Source of the DNA: Patescibacteria group bacterium
GTDB taxonomy: Bacteria; Patescibacteriota; Minisyncoccia; Phycocordibacterales; UBA12079
Direction of reading: 5' to 3'
Assembly (NCBI GenBank): GCA_018817595.1
Contig: JAHITU010000002.1
Location: 1-45,995 of the forward strand
Length of the DNA: 45,995 nt
Below, piece by piece: positions 1 to 7,900 of this stretch. How positions within the stretch are numbered: the stretch's first letter is position 1; every line of letters begins with the position of its first letter. Made by a program: the position numbers and the translations under genes. Below the pieces are notes generated by a model. The model had not been told where the DNA came from. It did not search any database and saw nothing but the letters and a program-made list of their open reading frames with translations.

Positions 1-325
1 ATTGAAAAGAATATTCAAGCAAATAGCCAAATGGAAAAAATTAAATATACTAGCGTGGCATGTAGGAGATGAACATATACATCTCTATCTCTCTATCCCT
101 CCTAAATATTCAGTTTCCTACACTATGAATATTATGAAAGGAAAATCATCAGCTTGGATAAAAAAGAAAACTAAAAAGTTCCCCAAAGGTACCCTTTGGA
201 ATAGAGGTTACTTTGTTACTACCACAGGTCTAAATGAATACGCAGTTAAACAATACATAGAAAATCAATCACACCATCAGGTAGAACTTATACAAAAATC
301 TCTTTTCCAACATATCGTGGGATAA
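1..325 (+). mobile_element. tnpA: IS200/IS605-family Y1 (HUH) transposase, 3' part, truncated by window start
   Basis: HUH motif DEHIHL, KGKSS, LWNRGYFVTT and catalytic-Tyr helix VKQYIENQ; bases 1-141 are identical to 45855-45995, where the 5' part of the gene lies. Confidence 0.95.
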
Positions 326-347
326 ATGCACGAAGTGCATAGGATAG

Positions 348-372
348 AAACCACCAGCGTAGCTGGTGGTTT
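348..372. repeat. IS200 right-end subterminal hairpin
   Basis: aaaccaccagc-gta-gctggtggttt just after the tnpA stop; resembles the left-end hairpin at 45628-45648. Confidence 0.75.
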
Positions 373-420
373 TCATTTAGGCTTAATAGTAAATTAATCA
401 GGCTGTTTTCGCAAAACTCT

Positions 421-620
421 CTCTGGATCGCTTTGTCGTTTCACTGCGCTTCACTCCCACGCCTGAGGCGGACAAGCTCGTGAAGACGGACAGTGGCTCT
501 GCCACTGTCTCTGCGACCCAGCACTTTGTTAAATTATATGATGAAGTATAAAAAAATATAAATAGTAATTTTATAAACAAAATTAGTATTTATATCAAAG
601 TGCTGGGGAAACAGTCTAGA
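421..620. repeat. Inverted pair of CGTC-type palindromic repeats with a nested MITE
   Basis: Minus copy 421-488 (revcomp cgtcttcacgag...gacaaagcgatccaga), spacer hairpin gacagtggc-tct-gccactgtc, then plus copy gtctctgcga[MITE]gaaacagtctaga. Confidence 0.8.
517..607. mobile_element. 91-bp MITE-like element, copy 1
   Basis: 12-bp terminal inverted repeats cccagcactttg / caaagtgctggg around an AT-rich core; further copies at 11532-11622 and 11819-11913. Confidence 0.75.
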
Positions 621-766
621 AATTTTTAAAACAATTAAATTCTTTATAATTTAAATATTTAAGTTTTTAATTAAAAACCATTTTAAATAATATTAAAACT
701 AGCAAGTAATTACTAGCTAATTTATCATTTTCAGCCTGATTAATTTACCATTAAGTAAGCCTAAAC

Positions 767-775
767 TTATCCACA
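767..775 (+). promoter_or_regulatory. Consensus DnaA box upstream of RAYT
   Basis: ttatccaca; function untested. Confidence 0.4.
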
Positions 776-817
776 GTAGATCTATTTATCATTAGAAGTT
801 ATTTAAATTATAATAAA

Positions 818-844
818 AAAAGTAGGGGTGCTACCCCTACTTTT
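818..844 (+). repeat. GTAG-type REP, copy 1
   Basis: aaaa-gtaggggtgctacccctac-tttt; core also at 1060-1082, 1635-1661 and inverted at 1723-1753. Confidence 0.9.
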
Positions 845-876
845 AAAAACCTTGTTAATTTTTATGAAAATAAATT

Positions 877-1635
877 ATGAGAAAGAAAATATCTTATTTT
901 AAAAATGAATATTATCACATTTATAATCGAGGGGTAGACAAAAGAATAATTTTTGAAGATCTTTTTGATTTGTTAAGATTTTATCAATCTATGCAAGAAT
1001 TTAATTCCATAGAACCCATAGGATCTATCTATATAAATCGAAATATTCACAAAAAATACAAAAGTAGGGGTGCTACCCCTACAGATGAAGAAGACGATCG
1101 TTTGGTGGAGATTATAGCTTTTTGCCTGAATCCAAATCATTATCATCTTATTTTAACCCCGCTAGTTGAAGGAGGAATTAGTGAATTTATGAGAAGATTA
1201 AATAGCGGTTATACTTCTTACTTCAATCAAAAATATAAAAGAGTTGGCGCTTTATTTCAAGGGACTTTTAAATCAGTCTATATTGATTCTGATTCATATT
1301 TAAAGTTTTTGAGCGTTTACATAAATCTAAATTTTGATGTCCATAGAAAATTTCAAAATATGAAAGACAAAAACGGAAAACCAAAAAAACTATTTTATCG
1401 TTCAAGCTGGGGTGAATACACAAAGGCTAAAATTATCAAAGGAAAATTAGGAGAAGAAAATCAAGTAATTAATAATGAAAATGATATTTGTGATAAATCA
1501 ATGATTTTAAGCCATTTTGATTCAGTAGGTGATTATAAAAAATTCGCTATGGAATCTCTAAAAAATATACAAGCTAAAAGATACAAAGACGAAGAAGTTA
1601 TTAAAAACAATTTTTCAATAGGAAAGAAGTTTTAA
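877..1635 (+). CDS. REP-associated tyrosine transposase (RAYT-like, Y1 HUH)
   Basis: YYHIYNRG, AFCLNPNHYHLIL (HUH), YFNQKY..GALFQGTFKS, YINLN and SSW motifs; flanked by GTAG palindromes. Confidence 0.9.
   Translation: MRKKISYFKNEYYHIYNRGVDKRIIFEDLFDLLRFYQSMQEFNSIEPIGSIYINRNIHKKYKSRGATPTDEEDDRLVEIIAFCLNPNHYHLILTPLVEGGISEFMRRLNSGYTSYFNQKYKRVGALFQGTFKSVYIDSDSYLKFLSVYINLNFDVHRKFQNMKDKNGKPKKLFYRSSWGEYTKAKIIKGKLGEENQVINNENDICDKSMILSHFDSVGDYKKFAMESLKNIQAKRYKDEEVIKNNFSIGKKF
1060..1082 (+). repeat. GTAG REP inside the RAYT coding sequence
   Basis: Core identical to the flanking REPs; translated as KSRGATPT. Confidence 0.9.
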
Positions 1636-1753
1636 AAAGTAGGGGTGCTACCCCTACTTTTCTAAAATTTATTCATGATACTTCTATTTATTGATTTATC
1701 ATTAATGGTTATTGAATCATAAAAAAAAGTAGGGGTAGCACCCCTACTTTTTT
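1635..1753. repeat. Inverted GTAG REP doublet (REPIN-like)
   Basis: gtaggggtgctacccctac within 1635-1661 and its reverse complement gtaggggtagcacccctac within 1723-1753. Confidence 0.9.
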
Positions 1754-1838
1754 AAAATTTGGGGAATATTTAGTTAAATTTCTCACTTCTTATTTTAATT
1801 CAAAATGTTTATTTAAAGCCCTAAAATATAACCTTTTT

Positions 1839-1847
1839 TTATCCACA
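1839..1847 (+). promoter_or_regulatory. Consensus DnaA box upstream of the giant protein gene
   Basis: ttatccaca, upstream of tataat at about 1878. Confidence 0.4.
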
Positions 1848-1978
1848 GTCTTGTTCAAAAATCCTTTTAAAATAAGGTATAATGTTGTCTAAGAAGGTAA
1901 AAAGAAATTCAAAAAGTTTAAGGACTTGATATCACCCTAAAACTCTTTATATTTCTTGCAAAAAGACCATTTTTTAAA

Positions 1979-4900
1979 ATGTTTAAAAGAACTTTTTTAG
2001 ATAAAAAAACAAAAGCATCAAAGCTATTCAAACCTTGTTTGGGTACTTTTGTTATTTCTATTTTTTTAATCACTCTAATCTCATCTCCTTTTAGATTCAC
2101 ATTAGCTGATGAAATCAACCCAGAAAACGAAAACAAAGTTTTAACAACCATAAACGAAACAGCTAATTTTGTTTATTCTTTCATTAATTCAATTTTCAAA
2201 AAACAAAAAACTACCGACGAAATAATAACAAAAGATTTAACTCCAATAATTCCTGCAGATAAAGGAGACAAAACAGAATTAAATTTAATCACAACACAAG
2301 AAACCCAAGAAACTCCAACCTCAACAATTCCTACAGAAACTGCAACTACTCCCACAGCAACCAATCTTCTTCAACCATTCATCGTTACCACTTCAGGAAT
2401 CACAGAAGCAGAATTCACTAGAAGAATAAATATTTTAGAAAATTCTTTAAAAGCAGAAATTTACAGAATGGCATCACAACTTGCTCCGACTGGTTCAATC
2501 ACACCAGAGAGCAATTTTCAAGCCATTGCTCTAAGTCAAATAATCGATAACTTAGATTTAGTAACTATTTCCAGAGCTACCATCACAGGTTCTACTTTCA
2601 CTGGCTCACAAGCTACAATCACAAACCTAGCCTCAACAGATTTAACCACTACAAATTTAACTGTTTCCGGTATAAATAATTTCAACGGAATTACAAATCT
2701 TTCAAATGCTTCCTCTACTCAATTAACAGTTTCCGATAAATTATGGTTAGGAAATCTATTAACTACAGGTAATACAATTTCAGCCACTAACGACAGTGGT
2801 CTAGCTCTTTATGATAATGCCAGCAACGGAATTTTTATAGAAGATGGAGGAAATATTGGTATAGGATCAACTTCACCAGCACAAAAACTTTCAGTAGATG
2901 GAAATACCTATATCACAGGAGGGTTAGGAGTTGGTGTTACTACAACCACAGCGGGAGCGATAGAAACAAGTGGAAATGTAATAGTTGGAGGAGATTTGCA
3001 GGTTTCAGGAGATTCAATGGTAATCGGAGATACTATTTCAGATACTTTAGTAATTAATTCTTCTATCAATTCAAATCTTATTCCAGATTTAAACGCAATG
3101 AGAGACATGGGATCTCCAGCTTATTATTGGGATGATATCTATACTGATGCCCTTTATGTAAATAATTTATCAGCTGCTTCTACTACTATCTCAGGAACTC
3201 AATCTTCTCTCTTTACTATCAATTCAGATAATTCAACTTTAGATACTGAAGACATGGATCTAGTATTTTTCAGAGGAACAGTGGTTCCGAATGCTTTAAT
3301 TTCTTGGAATTCAGGGTTAGAAAAATTTGATTTCAATCAACCAGTATTTTTCCAAAATGACTCATCCACAACCACTGTGCCGTCCTTAGAGGTTCGAGCC
3401 AAAGCAGGACAAACAGCTGATGTTTTAAAAATTTCTGATAGTACTGGTGCTAGTTATTTGAATATTGATTCTAATGGAAAAGTCGGTATAGGAACAACTA
3501 CTCTCACTAAACAATTAAATCTTTCAGGAGGCTTCTATGTTGGGGGAACAGGGACTTCTACCATTGAAAATAATCTACAAGTTAATGGACAAATTCAGAT
3601 TGGAACAGGTACAGCTTACCTTACTGCTAATGAATTAAGTACTACTGGAGATTTTACAATTTCTACTCAATCAGAAGATAGCCATTTAACTTTACAATCA
3701 ATGGGAAGAGTGGGAGTAGCTACTTCCACTCCTTGGGGAGTTTTATCAGTAGAACATAATGGATCAAATGCTGGTATGCCCGTGATGGTAATTTCTGATG
3801 AAGGAGCTTCCAATGCTAGTCTTATGGTTGATTGGTTAGGTAATACCGGAGTGGGAACAAACAACCCCAGCTCTCTATTCCATGTAGGTTCATCAACCCC
3901 AACCTATTTATCTGGTTATCGAGATGCCTTCTTTTCTGGAGATGTTGAAATAGATGGTAATACTTATTTTAATGGGGCAACAAATTTCTCAAGCGCCTCT
4001 TCTACACAATTAACAGTCTCAGACAAATCTTGGCTAGGTAATTTACTAACTACAAGCAACACAATTTCAGCCACCAACGACAGTGGCGTGGCTATTTATG
4101 ATAATGCCAGCAACGGAATCTTTGTCCAAGACGGTGGCAACATCGGAATTGGGACAACCTCACCCTTCGCTAAACTCTCAGTCAAAGGAGCAGGCACAAC
4201 CACCGGCATAAACTTTCAAACCACTAACTCAAGTGATACACCACTTGTGACTGTTTTGGATTCGGGAAATGTTGGGATTGGGACGACGGCACCGGGAGGA
4301 AAACTTCAAGTATATTCTGCTAACGATGTGGATGCTATTAGCGTTCGTTCTGGTTCAAGTGGTTCATACGCAGGTTATAGTATCGGTCGTACTTCAATCG
4401 AAGGTTATCTTGGTATAGTCGCTAATACGAATAATTTTCTTACTGGTGCAGAAACTGGCAATCTTGTTTTGAAGTCAGGATCGAGCAAATTATTATTAGG
4501 AACTGGTAACTCTATAGTTATGACGATAAATAGCTCAAGCAACGTCGGGATTGGAACGACGGCACCTTCCCAACAACTTGAAATCACCGGCGACTTCGAA
4601 ATGCCCAATACCACCTTTGCCGATCAATCAGGAATAATCTACAAAGGCTCAACTCCTTTTATACATAATTTTAATTATGGATTAAATAGTGGTGGAGTGA
4701 CAACTTTAGGAAAAAATCTTTTTATTGGAGAAGGTGCTGGAAATTTGACTATGGGTTCTATTGCAACAATAGAAAATCATAGTAGTGGTAATATCGGTAT
4801 GGGTTTTAACGTTTTGAGACTACTCACTAATGGATTTAATAATACAGTCATTGGTAATTCTGCTGGAATTAATACTACTACTGGAGCGAATAATGTTTTT

Positions 4901-7900
4901 ATTGGTGAACAATCAGGTCTCAATAATACTTCCGGTCAAAGTAATGTTTTTGTCGGAGGTCGTTCTGGTTTTAGTAATACAACTGGTTTTTCAAATACTG
5001 GTGTGGGTTATGATGCTGGTTATGGACTTACTACGGCAAGAGACAATACCTATTTAGGAAATGGGGCTGGTAAATCAAACAATACAGGAGGATACAACGT
5101 GGTTATAGGAAAGAATGCTGGGGGTAGTAGTTATGGAGGGAAAACTTATGATTCAAACACTTTAATTGGTTACAATTCAGGATATGTATTAGATGGTGGA
5201 AACAATAATACTTTCTTGGGTTATCAGACTGGGAATTCTGTAACCTCAGGAGATTCTAATATTTTAATCGGTTATGATATTGACACTCCTGCAGTTGATA
5301 CTTCTAATCACTTAAACATCGGAAATACAATTTATGGGGATTTAAGCTCAGGCAACGTCGGAATTGGAACAATATCTCCTTTTGAAAAATTACATGTTGA
5401 AGGGAATATTTCACTCGGGGATACTGTCGGGAAAGAAGTTATACTTTTTGATGGTGTGGGATCTGATAATTACGGAATAGGAACAGAACAATATAATGGT
5501 CTTTGGTATACCAATATTTATGGTGGAACTAATGCAGGTATTTCTTTTAGAACTGCGGGACCTTCTGGAACAGTTTTGGCTGTGATAAAAAATTCAGGCA
5601 ACGTCGGAATCGGAACAACCTCCCCTCAATCTCTCCTACACCTAGGAGGAACACCGGGGGCTTTGAGTAGTGGTTTGACTTTTGGTGATGGAGATACTGG
5701 GTTTTATGAGGCTGCTGACGATAATCTTTATGTTACCATTGCAGGAGCTAGAAGGGGTTATTTTGGAGTGAGTGGATTTTTTGGTAATAATAATGATGCC
5801 TTTGGTCTTATGGATGAAGCATCTAGTGGGACTAATCCTACTATTATACCTCAGAAGCTTGATTTCGATACTGGTATCGGCCGAGCCGATGCCGACCAAC
5901 TCTCCCTAATCGCAGGAGGAGTAGAAGGACACAGAATTTCAGAAGATGCTGGAGTTATTACACATAGCTTGTCTGGCAACGTCGGAATCGGAACAACCTC
6001 ACCCTTCGCCAAACTCTCAGTTAAAGGAGCAGGCACAACCACCGGCATAAACTTTCAAACCACTGACTCAGCTGATAGTCCTTTGGTGACTGTTTTGGAT
6101 TCGGGGAATGTGGGGATTGGGACGGCGAGTCCGGGGAGTAGTTTAGAAATTGCTAAAAATGGAGAACCAGAGATTCGCTTAGTAAGAACAACCGATCCAC
6201 CAGTCAATGGTCTAATTTCTGCAAGTATTGGCTCTTATGTTACAGGAGGTGGTATAAATCGCAATAATGGATATATTCGTTTTATAGAAAGAAGCGCTAG
6301 CACAATACCCATTACTGATTTAGCTTTTGGGTTGGCAACGTTTAATAATCAATTACCATATGAGGTAATGAGAATAGCAAACACCGGCAACGTTGGAATC
6401 GGAACTACCTCCCCTCAATCTCTCCTACACCTAGGAGGAACACCGGGGGCTTTGAGTAGTGGTTTGACTTTTGGTGATGGAGATACTGGGTTTTATGAGA
6501 GTGCGGATGATAGGATATATATATCGATCAATGGAGCATTAAGAGCCGGTTTTACCTCTAATGCAATTTTTGCTGGAACCAATATAGATGGAAATCCAGC
6601 GATGATGTCTGAAGTTTCTTCCCCAAGTAATCCTGTTTTTGTTTTTGCTGGAGATGTGGACACAGGTCTAGGCTCCGCAGCCGCAGACCAGCTCTCCCTA
6701 ATCGCAGGAGCGAAAGAAATCGCTAGACTGACAGAAAATACAACAGAACAATTTATTATTAATCCACAAGCAGATTTAACAGGAACAGCCGCTGCTCCGA
6801 GTCTGGCTTTTGGAGATGGGGATACTGGGTTTTATGAGAGTGCGGATGATATAATGTATGTAGGTGTAGGTGGCACTAATAAAATGTTTTGGAATAATGT
6901 TGTTTTTAGTGGGACAAGTTTAACTTCACCTCAAATATCATACACAGGAGCTAGTGCTACTGTCCCTGTATTTTCTTATGCTTTTGATGGGGATACAGGA
7001 ATAGGAAGAGCAGCCGCAGACCAACTCTCTCTAATCGCAGGAGGAGTAGAAGGACACAGAATTTCAGAAGATGCTGGAGTTATTACACATAGCTTGTCTG
7101 GCAACGTCGGAATTGGGACGACGAATCCAATTACACCCCTTCATGTTGGCTATAACGGAAGTGGAAGCATTGCTACTTTTGCAAGAACAGATGCAGCTCC
7201 TTCTTCTTTAGAACTAAGTAATGCAAGTGGTATTTTTAATTTTAATTACACCGGCGGTAGCGGTGGTCTTCGTTGGCAATTAGGGGGTGTAAGTAAATTA
7301 ACGTTAGATGCGAGTGGCAACATCGGAATTGGAACAACCTCACCCTTCGCCAAACTCTCCGTCAAAGGAGCAGGCACAACCACCGGCATAAACTTTCAAA
7401 CCACTAACTCAAGTGATACACCACTTGTGACTGTTTTGGATTCGGGAAATGTTGGGATTGGGACGGATAGCCCTAATAATAAGATACAAGTTCAAGATTT
7501 AATTAATTTTGATGATACCTTACAAAATACTTCTTTAGGTAAAAATGCCGGAAATTTAGGACAGTACAATTCATTCATTGGTTATGAAGCAGGGAAAAAT
7601 ATTACTTCTAGTTGGAATACTGGGGTTGGCTGGAAAGCTCTTATGTCAGCAACAAATGCGGAAAGAAATAGTGCTTTTGGTTATTATTCTTTATTCTCTA
7701 ATTCTTCTGGCTCAAGAAATGCTAGTTTTGGCTATGTTGCTTTATCTAGTAATACTACTGGGAATTACAATACAGCTTTTGGTTCAAATGCTTTAACTTA
7801 TAATCAGACTGGTTCTTCAAATGTTGCTATTGGTCAAGAGGCTGGAAGTGGTAGCACTGGAGCATCTAATATTTCAAATAATGTTTTTATTGGAAATGCC

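Noticed and set aside
818-1753. GTAG repeats as a CRISPR array
   Set aside because: Irregular spacing, mixed orientation, one copy inside a gene, no cas genes; fits REP/RAYT
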